Below the pieces are notes generated by a model. It saw only the letters and a list, made by a program, of their open reading frames with translations. It was not told where the DNA came from and searched no databases. From Promethearchaeota archaeon (GTDB lineage Archaea > Asgardarchaeota > Lokiarchaeia > Sigyniarchaeales > SOKP01), in the NCBI GenBank assembly GCA_030599585.1, contig JAUVNS010000004.1, positions 256,001-320,000 of the forward strand: a stretch of DNA of 64,000 nt. The letters run 5' to 3'. The position numbers and the translations under genes were made by a program. Of the stretch, positions 1-9,199 are shown piece after piece. Within the stretch, counting starts at the first letter, position 1. Every line of letters begins with the position of its first letter.

Positions 1-427
1 GTAATGGGATTTCAAGTGCTTCTGATAACTGAAAAGGAACTTGACCAGTGCTAGAATCAGATGTTTGACTGCCACATATAATAATATCATAATCTTTTAT
101 TATTTCAAAGGCTTCTTTCAAGATCAATGTTGTCTGAAAGGTATCTGAATATGAGAATTTCGGATCGCTTATTAAAATCGCATGATCAGCACCCATTGCT
201 AGACCCTCTCTTAAAGCAAATTCAGCTTGAGGAGGGCCCATAGTCATTATGGAAACAATTGCATTATACTTTTCTTTTAAATTAAGCCCTAGTTCAATTG
301 AGTATAGATCATTTGGATTAATTATATTCTCAATACCATCTCTTAATATTGTGCCTGTAGATTTATCTATTTCTAAATTGTCATTACTCGGTACTTGTTT
401 TATTAATACAACTATCTTTAGCGCCAT
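1..427 (-). CDS. etfB: Electron transfer flavoprotein beta subunit (EtfB/FixA family), truncated at window edge
   Basis: Not in the ORF track. Manual translation from ATG at 427 gives MALKIVVLIKQVPSNDNLEIDKSTGTILRDGIENIINPNDLYSIELGL...MTMGPPQAEFALREGLAMGADHAILISD, with the KQVP, NPxD, MGP and AMGAD motifs. Starts just after the ACAD stop. Confidence 0.93.
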   Translation of the reverse strand, partial: MALKIVVLIKQVPSNDNLEIDKSTGTILRDGIENIINPNDLYSIELGLNLKEKYNAIVSIMTMGPPQAEFALREGLAMGADHAILISDPKFSYSDTFQTTLILKEAFEIIKDYDIIICGSQTSDSSTGQVPFQLSEALEIPL

Positions 428-428
428 T

Positions 429-1577
429 CTAAATATTTCCTCTTAAAATTTGATTAGCTATAATTAATTTCATAATTTCTGAAGTGCCTTCATAAATTTC
501 ACATGCTTTAGCATCTCTATAGTAACGCTCAATTGGTAAGTCCTTCATATAACCATACCCTCCATGAATCTGAAGCGCTTCTTGAGTAACTTGACGAGCA
601 ACTTTACTTGCAAAAAGTTTACACATAGCTGCCTCTTTAGAAAAACTCTTGTTTTGCTCACTCATATATCCCGCTCTATATACTAATAATCTCGCAGCAT
701 CTATCTTAGTAGCCATTTCAGCTAATTTAAATGAAACCCCTTGAAATTGAGATATCGGCTTATTAAATTGAATTCTGCCCTTTGAATATTTTACACTATG
801 TTCATAAGCCGCTTGAGCGATACCCAATGCTTGGGCTGCGATACCAATTCTCCCAAAATCTAACATTTGCATCGCATATTTAAAACCATTTTGTAGTTTT
901 CCTAATACATTCTCCTTTGGAACACGCACATTATTGAAATACAAGCTCGTCGTCGGATTTCCTCTCATTCCCATTTTATTTTCTTTTGGACCAATTTCAC
1001 ATCCTACCATATCTTTTTCAACGATAACTAGGGTGAAACCCTTTTGTCTATCAATAGTTTGGTATCGAGTTCCTACTAAAAATACGGATGCAATAGCGCC
1101 ATTTGTAACAAAAATTTTGGATCCATTCAAAACAAAGTCTTTTCCGTCTTCTTCCGCCATACACTCAATACTTCTGGCATCTGAACCTGCATTCGGTTCA
1201 GTCCAGCTAAATCCTGCAATTTTTTTTCCAGATGCTAAATCATTTAGAAATCTCTCCTTTTGTTCCTCATTACCCCACTTATATAAGGGTAATGCTCCAA
1301 CAGCATTATGAACAGACACAGTAAGACCAGTAGAAGCACATATTCTTGAAATTTCTTCTATGCTGATTAAATAGCTTATAAAATCTAATTCAGCACCTCC
1401 ATATCTTTCGGGGATTGTTATTCCCCATAAATTCATCATTGAAATCTCTTTTATAATTTCGGGATAAAATTCCTCTTCTCTATCCATAATAGGTGCAAGA
1501 GGAGCTAAAACTTTTTCAGCAAAACTCCTAACGCTACGCCTTACTAATTTATGCTTTTCTTCAAGTTCAAAATTCAT
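429..1577 (-). CDS. Acyl-CoA dehydrogenase (butyryl-CoA/short-branched type)
   Basis: TEPNAGSD, GSKIFVTNG, R-x-QF-x-KPI-x-x-FQ, QIHGGYGY and IYEGTSEI (catalytic Glu). Coupled to etfB. Confidence 0.93.
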   Translation of the reverse strand: MNFELEEKHKLVRRSVRSFAEKVLAPLAPIMDREEEFYPEIIKEISMMNLWGITIPERYGGAELDFISYLISIEEISRICASTGLTVSVHNAVGALPLYKWGNEEQKERFLNDLASGKKIAGFSWTEPNAGSDARSIECMAEEDGKDFVLNGSKIFVTNGAIASVFLVGTRYQTIDRQKGFTLVIVEKDMVGCEIGPKENKMGMRGNPTTSLYFNNVRVPKENVLGKLQNGFKYAMQMLDFGRIGIAAQALGIAQAAYEHSVKYSKGRIQFNKPISQFQGVSFKLAEMATKIDAARLLVYRAGYMSEQNKSFSKEAAMCKLFASKVARQVTQEALQIHGGYGYMKDLPIERYYRDAKACEIYEGTSEIMKLIIANQILRGNI

Positions 1578-1667
1578 CTTAATCCTACATTTTTTAATTA
1601 ATTTTTAACTATTATCTTAGTCCTATTCTAATCTCTATATTTTATATGTATTAATCTCATCAGGGAA

Positions 1668-3317
1668 TCACCATGTAGTTTCTCTTTTCAATAGTTTAAA
1701 AATATAAGAATCAACAAGTGCGTTCCACGATGCTACAATGATATTCTCATGTGTTCCAACTGTGCCCCATAATTTTCCGTTATCATTCGTTTCAACTAAT
1801 ACTCTCACTTTTGAGGCACTTCCTGCTTTATTAATTATTCTAACTTTAAAATCAGAAAGATTTATTTCTTTTATACTTGGATAAAAGTGAACTAATGCCT
1901 TTTTAAGAGCATTGTCTAGCGCATTTACTGGACCATTTCCGTCAGCAGCAGTATGATATTCTTGACCTTTAACTTTTACTTTAATAGTTGCTTCAGATAT
2001 TAAATTTGTTTTATACATTTCAGTAAGTACTCGAAATCCTTCTAACTCAAAAAATTTCTTCCTATAATAATCCGGATCTTGAATATTCATATCCATACTT
2101 CTCATAATAATTTCTAAGGAACCTTCTGCACCCTCATAAACATATCCTTCTTTCTCTTTTTGTTTGATTACTTCTAAAATTTCAGCAACTTTTGGATTCT
2201 CCTCCGTTAAATGCATACCAAATTTCTTAGACATGTGCAATATTGAACTTTTACCCGCTAATTCTGAAATCTTTATATTTCGAGAGTTTCCTACCAATTC
2301 GGGATTTATTTGTTCGTATGTTTTTAAGTTTTTACGCATAGCTGAGATATGAACACCTCCTTTATGCGAAAAAGCGTTTTTTCCTACAAAAGGTTGATTG
2401 CTATTTCCCGACAGATTGGCCATTTCGTAAATGAAGTGCGAAACTTCAGTGATATTTTCTAAATCTTCGCTAGATATGCAATCAATCCCCATTTTTAATT
2501 TCAGAATTGGCAAAATTGTTGTTAAATCAGTATTACCACATCTTTCACCAAAACCATTTATCGTACCTTGAATCATTTTAGCACCATGGTGAAAAGCCTC
2601 TAAAGCAATAGCGTTCGCAACACCAGAATCATTATGAGCATGAATTCCTAAATGAGCATCCGTTCCTAAAAAATCTTTTACTTTATCAAATATTAGACCT
2701 AATTCGGTTGGTAAAAGACCACCGTTAGTATCACATAGAACTATCCATGATGCACCTGCATTAAGAGCACAAGAAATTGTCTGTAAAGCATATTGTTCAT
2801 TATTTTTAAACCCATCGAAGAAGTGCTCAGCATCATATACGACCTCAATTCCATTTTTCTTTAAAAAGATAATTGTATCTTCAATCATGTTAAGATTTTC
2901 TTTTAAACTAGTCTCTAAGGCGACCTTAACATGCAAATCCCAGCTCTTCCCAAAAATTGTGGCATGTTTTGTGCCAACGGTCAATAAAGATTTCAAGTTT
3001 TTGTCATCTTCAGCCTTAATATCCTTATGTCTGGTGCTCCCAAAAGAAAAAATCTTCGTCCCATTTGAATTAATATCCATGGTTTTAATCTTATTATAAA
3101 GCATAATGTCTTTTGGATTGGAACCGGGCCACCCAACTTCAATCATAGGAACATGAAGATCGTTAATTAACCGTTCGATAATTCGAATTTTATCCTCGAC
3201 TGAAAAGCTAATTCCTATTTTTTGACTTCCCTCACGAAGGGTTGCATCATATATGTAAACACCATTATTTTTGATCAATACTTTTTTCACCAATGAATGA
3301 AACATTAAGAAATTCAA
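1668..3317 (-). CDS. cimA: Citramalate synthase (LeuA-related DRE-TIM enzyme with C-terminal regulatory domain). Start uncertain: ATG 3305, GTG 3290, or TTG 3278 after GGTGA
   Basis: YDATLREGSQ, GWPGSNPKD, FGKSWDLHV, YDAEHFFDG, LCDTNGG, HAHND, GERCGN, HKGGVH, GNGPVNALD: pattern of the bacterial-type CimA clade. Confidence 0.88.
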   Translation of the reverse strand: MNFLMFHSLVKKVLIKNNGVYIYDATLREGSQKIGISFSVEDKIRIIERLINDLHVPMIEVGWPGSNPKDIMLYNKIKTMDINSNGTKIFSFGSTRHKDIKAEDDKNLKSLLTVGTKHATIFGKSWDLHVKVALETSLKENLNMIEDTIIFLKKNGIEVVYDAEHFFDGFKNNEQYALQTISCALNAGASWIVLCDTNGGLLPTELGLIFDKVKDFLGTDAHLGIHAHNDSGVANAIALEAFHHGAKMIQGTINGFGERCGNTDLTTILPILKLKMGIDCISSEDLENITEVSHFIYEMANLSGNSNQPFVGKNAFSHKGGVHISAMRKNLKTYEQINPELVGNSRNIKISELAGKSSILHMSKKFGMHLTEENPKVAEILEVIKQKEKEGYVYEGAEGSLEIIMRSMDMNIQDPDYYRKKFFELEGFRVLTEMYKTNLISEATIKVKVKGQEYHTAADGNGPVNALDNALKKALVHFYPSIKEINLSDFKVRIINKAGSASKVRVLVETNDNGKLWGTVGTHENIIVASWNALVDSYIFKLLKRETTW

Positions 3318-3370
3318 ACCCAGAAAAGATAAGAAAAGGATGGTAAAAAAGAGTTTAAAATTTCTTAATG
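3303..3370 (-). promoter_or_regulatory. Inverted repeat/hairpin enclosing a U-rich tract in the cimA leader (putative attenuator)
   Basis: Perfect 12-bp arms CATTAAGAAATT (3303-3314) and AATTTCTTAATG (3359-3370), extendable across a bulge. The minus-strand loop reads CTCTTTTTTACCATCCTTTTCTTATCTTTTCTGG. Confidence 0.6.
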
Positions 3371-3373
3371 AAA

Positions 3374-3439
3374 TTAAATAATCCCAATAATAATTAATAA
3401 AATACTAATACCTACTAGCGGAATTAATCTTAATCTCAT
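3374..3439 (-). CDS. Putative Ile/Leu-rich leader peptide of cimA (MRLRLIPLVGISILLIIIGII)
   Basis: ATG 3439 to TAA 3374. Contains 8 Ile (all ATT), 5 Leu and 1 Val in 21 codons. TATA-like box about 25-32 nt upstream. Lies directly 5' of cimA on the same strand. Confidence 0.65.
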   Translation of the reverse strand: MRLRLIPLVGISILLIIIGII

Positions 3440-3463
3440 AATTAGAATAAAAAAAACCCGATG

Positions 3464-3479
3464 CTTTAAAACCTTTATC
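3464..3479 (-). promoter_or_regulatory. Archaeal BRE/TATA promoter for the leader-cimA transcript
   Basis: Minus strand GATAAAGG-TTTTAAAG: a purine-rich BRE-like run followed by a TTTTAAA box, spaced so that the TSS falls at or near the ATG at 3439 (leaderless). Confidence 0.5.
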
Positions 3480-3713
3480 ATTGGGAGCATAAAATTAAAT
3501 TTTCTATATAAATCTGAGTCGTATGAGGGTAAAGGATCAGCGACTAATATTCCCATGTTGTCAACTTGCCTTTTATTATTTTAAATTGTCTGATTTATTC
3601 ATCTATCAATCGATAATTTTATTAATCCCCTATAGAAATATTTCATAATCAAAAATTAAACAAAAAATCAATACAAAATTTTTAAAAATAATTAAGACGA
3701 GGTGTATCGTCAT

Positions 3714-4508
3714 ATGAAAAGAGAATTTGCTATCTTAGGATTAGTAATAGCTTTAGGAGTGGGAATATTAGGCGGTTGGTTTATTCCATCGCCTATTACA
3801 ACTCCAGAAGCCCCTTCCCTACTTTCTGTGATTAAAACAAGAGGTACTATAAAAGTTGGCACAAGTGCGGATTATCCTCCATTTGAAAATTATAACGTAA
3901 CTTTAGACCTGATTGAGGGATTTGATATAGATGTTACGGAAATGATAGGTGACGCTATTAATGTCACAGTTGAATGGAGTGACATCCCTTTTGATAACCT
4001 TATTGGTGCTTGTTTATCAGGTGAAATTGACATGATTGCAGCAGCAATGAATTATAACGAGGAACGTGCTCTACAACTTGCCCCATCTTCAACATATTTC
4101 GCTGTTAGCCAAGCTGTAATAGTAAAACAAAGCTCTTTGCTCACTATTACAAGTTTAGATAATCTTACAAACTATCAAGTTGGTGTACAATCTGGTACCG
4201 TAATGCAGGACGATTTAGAGGCTATAGGGATGACAGTAGGTATCAATCTTACAACCTTTTCTAGAGCTGATTTGCTTATGGCAGATCTAGATATTGGAGG
4301 TATCGATGCCGCCTATGTTGATGAACCAATTTTTGCCGCTTTTAATCGAACCTATGATTTTAAAATCATTCTTAGTACTCCTTCTGAACCTTTAGCTTTC
4401 TGGACAAGATATGGAGAACCCGAACTTTTATACGAAATAAACAATGTCATCCTTGATGGGTATGAATCGGGTTGGATCTATGGTACGATAACAACGTGGT
4501 TTGGATGA
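3714..4508 (+). CDS. Polar amino-acid ABC transporter substrate-binding protein (SBP family 3)
   Basis: N-terminal TM anchor; VGTSADYPPFE, GFDID, VGVQSGT. ATG 3714 follows GAGGTG. Confidence 0.9.
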   Translation: MKREFAILGLVIALGVGILGGWFIPSPITTPEAPSLLSVIKTRGTIKVGTSADYPPFENYNVTLDLIEGFDIDVTEMIGDAINVTVEWSDIPFDNLIGACLSGEIDMIAAAMNYNEERALQLAPSSTYFAVSQAVIVKQSSLLTITSLDNLTNYQVGVQSGTVMQDDLEAIGMTVGINLTTFSRADLLMADLDIGGIDAAYVDEPIFAAFNRTYDFKIILSTPSEPLAFWTRYGEPELLYEINNVILDGYESGWIYGTITTWFG

Positions 4509-5194
4509 GCGAAACTCCAGACCTTTCAACTATTTTTTTTTATATTATTACTAGGGGATTACCCAATACACTAGTTCTAACTATATTCGGCTTAATTTTA
4601 GGTTTTTTGCTAGGTTTAGCTCTGTCATTAATGAGTGTTTATGGATCTATAGAGCTAAGATGGTTAGCGAGTGGTTATGAGAAGTTATTGAGAGGAATCC
4701 CAATCTTGATTCTGATTTATATATTTCGTTGGGGGATGCCAGGGCTATTTTGGTATTTTGAAAGTTCCCTGGATCGGGGTTTAGCAAGCGTGGTGTTAGC
4801 CCTTGCTCTCCGTAGTGGAGCCTACCAATCACAAATATTCCGCGGAGCAATTTTATCTGTTAATCCTGGACAAATGGATGCTGGTTTTGCTTTAGGAATG
4901 ACGCGATTCCAAGCCTTTCGCCATATAGTAATGCCTCAAGCATTACGATTAGCCGTGCCTGGATGGTCGAATGAATATGCAGTAGTTATAAAAGACTCGT
5001 CTTTCGCATTAGATGTTGGAATTTTCGAAATGACAAAGGCAGCAAACCAATTAACAGTAAATTATCCACAACTACTAACGATGACTATGGTTGTTGCTGC
5101 AATTATTTATTTTTTGTTTACATTTCCTATAACAAAATTTATTGGTGATCGTCAAACCAAAAAATTAAAGGATTTAGGAATGGGAGGAAATTAA
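4505..5194 (+). CDS. Amino-acid ABC transporter permease
   Basis: RGIP, EAA-loop-like PGQMDAGFALGM, PQALR, IKDSS. ATGA overlap with the SBP stop. Confidence 0.9.
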   Translation: MSETPDLSTIFFYIITRGLPNTLVLTIFGLILGFLLGLALSLMSVYGSIELRWLASGYEKLLRGIPILILIYIFRWGMPGLFWYFESSLDRGLASVVLALALRSGAYQSQIFRGAILSVNPGQMDAGFALGMTRFQAFRHIVMPQALRLAVPGWSNEYAVVIKDSSFALDVGIFEMTKAANQLTVNYPQLLTMTMVVAAIIYFLFTFPITKFIGDRQTKKLKDLGMGGN

Positions 5195-5988
5195 TGATGA
5201 GTAAGCCCGTTTTACGAATAGTAGATATATGGAAGTCTTATGAAGACTTAGAAGTTTTAAAAGGCATAAGTTTTGAGCTAGCAGAAAAACAAGTTATAGT
5301 AGTTTTCGGACCCAGTGGTTCGGGGAAAAGTACTTTATTGCGTTGTATTAACATGTTGGACCCTCCAGATAAGGGAGAAATATATCTCTCTGGACAAAGT
5401 TTTATGGAACCTGGTGTAAAGCTTAATAAAATGCGAGAAAAAATAGGTATGGTTTTCCAGCACTTTAATTTATTTGCTCACCTCAAAGCAATTGATAATG
5501 TTGGCATTGGTTTACGAAGGGTAAAAGGTTTTTCTAAAGAAGATGCTCGTTCAAAAGCACTTGAAGCGTTAAAACGTGTTAAAATAGCAGAATGGGCAGA
5601 TCACTATCCCGCACAACTTTCAGGCGGTCAACAACAACGTGTAGGTATTGCACGTGCTTTAGCAATGGAGCCTGATTTGATATTATTTGACGAGCCTACC
5701 TCTGCTTTGGATCCCGAATTAATAGGAGAAGTTCTTCAAGTTATGTTAGATCTTGCTAAAGCTGGAACTACCATGCTAGTTATCACTCACGAAATGGGAT
5801 TTGCTCGAGCAGTCGCATCAGAAATGATATTTTTAGATGAAGGAGTAATTGTTGAAAAAGGAACGCCAAAACATTTTTTTGAATCACCTAAATCTGAGAG
5901 AGTTAAACATTTTCTAAGGCAAATTGATATCTTATATGGACGACATGAGGAACTTCTTGAGCCATCAAATAGGGAGGTAAATAAGTGA
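5194..5988 (+). CDS. Amino-acid ABC transporter ATP-binding protein (GlnQ family)
   Basis: GPSGSGKST, MVFQHFNLF, LSGGQQQR, FDEPTSALDPE, THEMGFA. Confidence 0.95.
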   Translation: MMSKPVLRIVDIWKSYEDLEVLKGISFELAEKQVIVVFGPSGSGKSTLLRCINMLDPPDKGEIYLSGQSFMEPGVKLNKMREKIGMVFQHFNLFAHLKAIDNVGIGLRRVKGFSKEDARSKALEALKRVKIAEWADHYPAQLSGGQQQRVGIARALAMEPDLILFDEPTSALDPELIGEVLQVMLDLAKAGTTMLVITHEMGFARAVASEMIFLDEGVIVEKGTPKHFFESPKSERVKHFLRQIDILYGRHEELLEPSNREVNK

Positions 5989-6725
5989 TATTTCAACCCA
6001 GTTCCAACCCAATAGAGGATTTCTTTACAATTTTGACTTATTGGGATAAAATCTTTACTGGTTTTGTAATGACAATGTGGTTATATGCATGGGCACTTTT
6101 AATTGGATTTGCCATTGGTCTTATGTTGGCTATTTTACGACACTATGGTGGTAGGATAATATCTCCTATTGCAACCGGATACATTGAAATAGTGCGTGGT
6201 ACCCCAATGCTTGTCCAACTCTGGCTAATATACAGCCTACTCCTTAGACCGCTAGGACGAGGGGTCTGGTATACTAGCTTTGAATTCTTTGGAAGAGATA
6301 TCACACTAGTTTTTCTTAATGCTCGAATAATAATTTGTATAGTAACATTAAGTCTTAACAGTTCTGCGTATCAAGCTGAATATATACGTGGGTCAATATT
6401 ATCGGTTAGTACGGGACAGTTAACAGCCGCTCAATCTTTAGGTATGTCTAAAATCGCAAGTATTCGTCATGTTGTATTACCACAAGCTTTACGCCGAGTT
6501 ATTCCTTCATGGTCTAACGAAGCAGCTTATCTCCCAAAATATACTGTAATAGTTTCTATTATTGGTGTAGCAGATATATTTAATCAAGCTAAAAATATAG
6601 GATTTCAGACATTGCTCTATTTTCCTATTTATATATTTGTTGCAATTATATTTATAATTACAATATCACTTATTTCTAAAGCGTTGGACATCGTACATAA
6701 GCGAACTGCGATTCCGGGCTTGTGA
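5985..6725 (+). CDS. Amino-acid ABC transporter permease
   Basis: RGTPMLVQL, AYQAEYIRG, GQLTAAQSLGM, LPQALR. Confidence 0.9.
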   Translation: MIFQPSSNPIEDFFTILTYWDKIFTGFVMTMWLYAWALLIGFAIGLMLAILRHYGGRIISPIATGYIEIVRGTPMLVQLWLIYSLLLRPLGRGVWYTSFEFFGRDITLVFLNARIIICIVTLSLNSSAYQAEYIRGSILSVSTGQLTAAQSLGMSKIASIRHVVLPQALRRVIPSWSNEAAYLPKYTVIVSIIGVADIFNQAKNIGFQTLLYFPIYIFVAIIFIITISLISKALDIVHKRTAIPGL

Positions 6726-6783
6726 TCCAATAACTATCTATATGTCTTTTGAGTCAATTCAAACTCATAAATAAAAAAAAAGA

Positions 6784-7074
6784 TTATATTATTTCGAAGC
6801 ATGTTTTAACATCAGCACCCGGTTCGCATAATGGTAGAAAATCGGCGAGTGTTGTTGCTATTTTGTCAGTATGAGCCTTCATCGCTTCATCATCGACATA
6901 TTTCTCATAAAAGACGATCGAATTTTTATTTTTTCTCCCTCTTATTGTGTGCGGAGTATAAATTAAGCATCCTGGCTCAGATTCTTTTATTTTTGGTACA
7001 ATTTGTTTCAATACTTCTACTGCTTCTTCCATTTTTCCTTCTTTGACAGTAAACGTCGCTATTAAACAAACCAT
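6784..7074 (-). CDS. ABM (antibiotic biosynthesis monooxygenase)/quinol monooxygenase-like protein
   Basis: VKEGK, EPGCLIY, FYEKY, AMKAH pattern in about 96 aa. ATG 7074 follows GGAG. Confidence 0.8.
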   Translation of the reverse strand: MVCLIATFTVKEGKMEEAVEVLKQIVPKIKESEPGCLIYTPHTIRGRKNKNSIVFYEKYVDDEAMKAHTDKIATTLADFLPLCEPGADVKTCFEII

Positions 7075-7267
7075 TTTTAATATCTCCAAATAAAGATAGT
7101 TATTATCGTATAAACCACTTTACTACTTAATCTTAATGCAAAAATACAATTCAGAGATGTAAAATCATTAATGTCTATGATTTCAAACCTTAATTTTATT
7201 ACTGAATCTTCTCTTTATTTTTTATTAGCTAAATGAAATATTAATTAAACAAATTGATTTATTCGAA

Positions 7268-8317
7268 ATGAAAATAATAGATTTACGATCGGATACAGTT
7301 ACGAAGCCCTCCCCTGAAATGTGGGAATACGTAAAATCAATGGGGAATTCTCGACTTGGAGACGATGTAATGGGAGAAGATCCTACCGTAAATGAGTTAG
7401 AGGAAAAAGCTGCGAAAATTATTGGAAAAGAAGCTGCACTTCTTGTAACCTCAGGAACTCAAGGTAATATAGTTTCACTTCTTTCACAAACTAAACCTGG
7501 AGACGAAATTCTTTTAGAAGAACTAAGCCATCTTTTTTTAAATGAAGTAGGGAGTGCGGCACGAATAGGAGGTTTAATGATTAGGACATTTTCTTCAGAT
7601 AGAGGCGTTCCTTCTTTTGAATACCTTCAATCTTTAATTCGAGATAAAGATGAAATACATGAGCCACCATCCACTCTATTATGTACCGAGAACACTCATA
7701 ATTACCATGGCGGTGCAATAGTTGAACTTGATGTGTTAAAGAAAATGAGAGATTTTGCTAACAAAAATGAATTAAAATTTCATTTAGATGGAGCAAGGCT
7801 TTTTAACGCAGCAGTCGGATTGAATGTACCTGTTACTGAAATTACTAAACACGCCAATAGCGTAATGTTCTGTCTATCAAAAGGCCTCTCATGTCCTGTA
7901 GGATCAATTGTTGCGGGTTCTAAAGATTTTATATCAAAAGCTAGGAGATTTCGAAAAATGCTTGGAGGAGGAATGCGTCAAGCTGGTATTATCGCTGCTT
8001 TTGGGCTTATTGCGTTAGAACCTAAATGGATAAATAGACTTGCGGACGATCATAAAAACGCAAAGATGCTTTCTCAAGGATTAGAAAATCTTAAATTGTG
8101 CATAAAAGTACATCCAACGGATACTAATATAGTTATAATTGAGATGTTAGAAAAGGTTAGAATTCTTAAAATTATTACAGCTCTCAATAAAGCAGGAATT
8201 TTAGCTTTTAACATTAGTAAAGAAAAAATTAGATTTGTAACTCATTATGGTATTAACGCAGATGATATTGATTATAGCATAGAGCAAATTGGGCTTATTT
8301 TAAAAAAGAATTTATAA
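7268..8317 (+). CDS. ltaE: Low-specificity L-threonine aldolase (PLP)
   Basis: DLRSDTVTKP, GDDVMGEDPTV, SGTQGN, ENTHN, HLDGARLFNA, CLSKGL (PLP Lys), GGGMRQAG. Confidence 0.93.
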   Translation: MKIIDLRSDTVTKPSPEMWEYVKSMGNSRLGDDVMGEDPTVNELEEKAAKIIGKEAALLVTSGTQGNIVSLLSQTKPGDEILLEELSHLFLNEVGSAARIGGLMIRTFSSDRGVPSFEYLQSLIRDKDEIHEPPSTLLCTENTHNYHGGAIVELDVLKKMRDFANKNELKFHLDGARLFNAAVGLNVPVTEITKHANSVMFCLSKGLSCPVGSIVAGSKDFISKARRFRKMLGGGMRQAGIIAAFGLIALEPKWINRLADDHKNAKMLSQGLENLKLCIKVHPTDTNIVIIEMLEKVRILKIITALNKAGILAFNISKEKIRFVTHYGINADDIDYSIEQIGLILKKNL

Positions 8318-8365
8318 TATTTTAGAAATTAATAATCATATCTTGAGGGAGTTGGAATTTGAAAA

Positions 8366-9187
8366 ATGAAAATAGACGATTTTGAAGACATTTTATATGA
8401 GAAGGAAGAAAACGGTATTTGTACGATCACCATAAATAGACCAGAAAGAAGAAATGCAGTTACTTATCTTTCCTTTTTAGAAATTTTTACTGTTTTAGAA
8501 GATATGGAAAAAGATAAAGACGCCAAAGTCCTGATAATCACTGGAAATCCTGAGGGAAATGCATTTTCATCCGGAGGATATTTCGAACCAAATTATTTTG
8601 AAAAGATACAAAAAGAGATTAGAATGGAAATAGATCTCATGGATATTGCTCAAAAAAAATTATGTATGGCACTTTGGAAATTTACTAAACCCGTTATTGC
8701 TGCAATAAATGGATTAGCAATTGGTGGTGCCATTACTATGCCATTATCTGGAGCGGATCTTATATACATAGCTGATGATGCTTGGTTGGGATTTTATTTT
8801 TCTCAGAGAGCCATTATCCCTGAATTCAGCGCCTCGTTTATTTTGCCTTTTTTAGTTGGATTTCAAAGAGCTAAAGAAATTTGTTTTTTTGGAGACAAAA
8901 TCACTGCCCAAAAAGCTTTTGAGCTTGGTCTCGTGAACAAAGTCTTACCAAAGGAAGAATTAATACCATTTGCTAGACAACAAGCTTTGAGATTAATTCC
9001 TCCCCAAGGACCATCTCTATCACTAAAACTAATGAAAAAAACCATGCACGCTTACTTCATTGATATTTTAGATAAGACATTAGATTTAGAAAATAAAAGT
9101 TTAAGGAAAACATTTAGATCAACGGATTTCAACGAATCAATGAGAGCATTAAAAGAAAAGAGAGACCCAATTTTTATTGGGCGATAA
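8366..9187 (+). CDS. Enoyl-CoA hydratase/isomerase (crotonase) family protein
   Basis: ITINRPERRNA, AFSSGG, KPVIAAINGLAIGG, ELGLVNKV. Confidence 0.9.
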   Translation: MKIDDFEDILYEKEENGICTITINRPERRNAVTYLSFLEIFTVLEDMEKDKDAKVLIITGNPEGNAFSSGGYFEPNYFEKIQKEIRMEIDLMDIAQKKLCMALWKFTKPVIAAINGLAIGGAITMPLSGADLIYIADDAWLGFYFSQRAIIPEFSASFILPFLVGFQRAKEICFFGDKITAQKAFELGLVNKVLPKEELIPFARQQALRLIPPQGPSLSLKLMKKTMHAYFIDILDKTLDLENKSLRKTFRSTDFNESMRALKEKRDPIFIGR

Positions 9188-9199
9188 TTTAAAAGATTT

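Noticed and set aside
3374-3556. 60-aa version of the leader ORF in the ORF track
   Set aside because: The upstream 39 codons run across the TATA-like element and look non-coding. The 21-codon ORF from ATG 3439 fits promoter spacing better.
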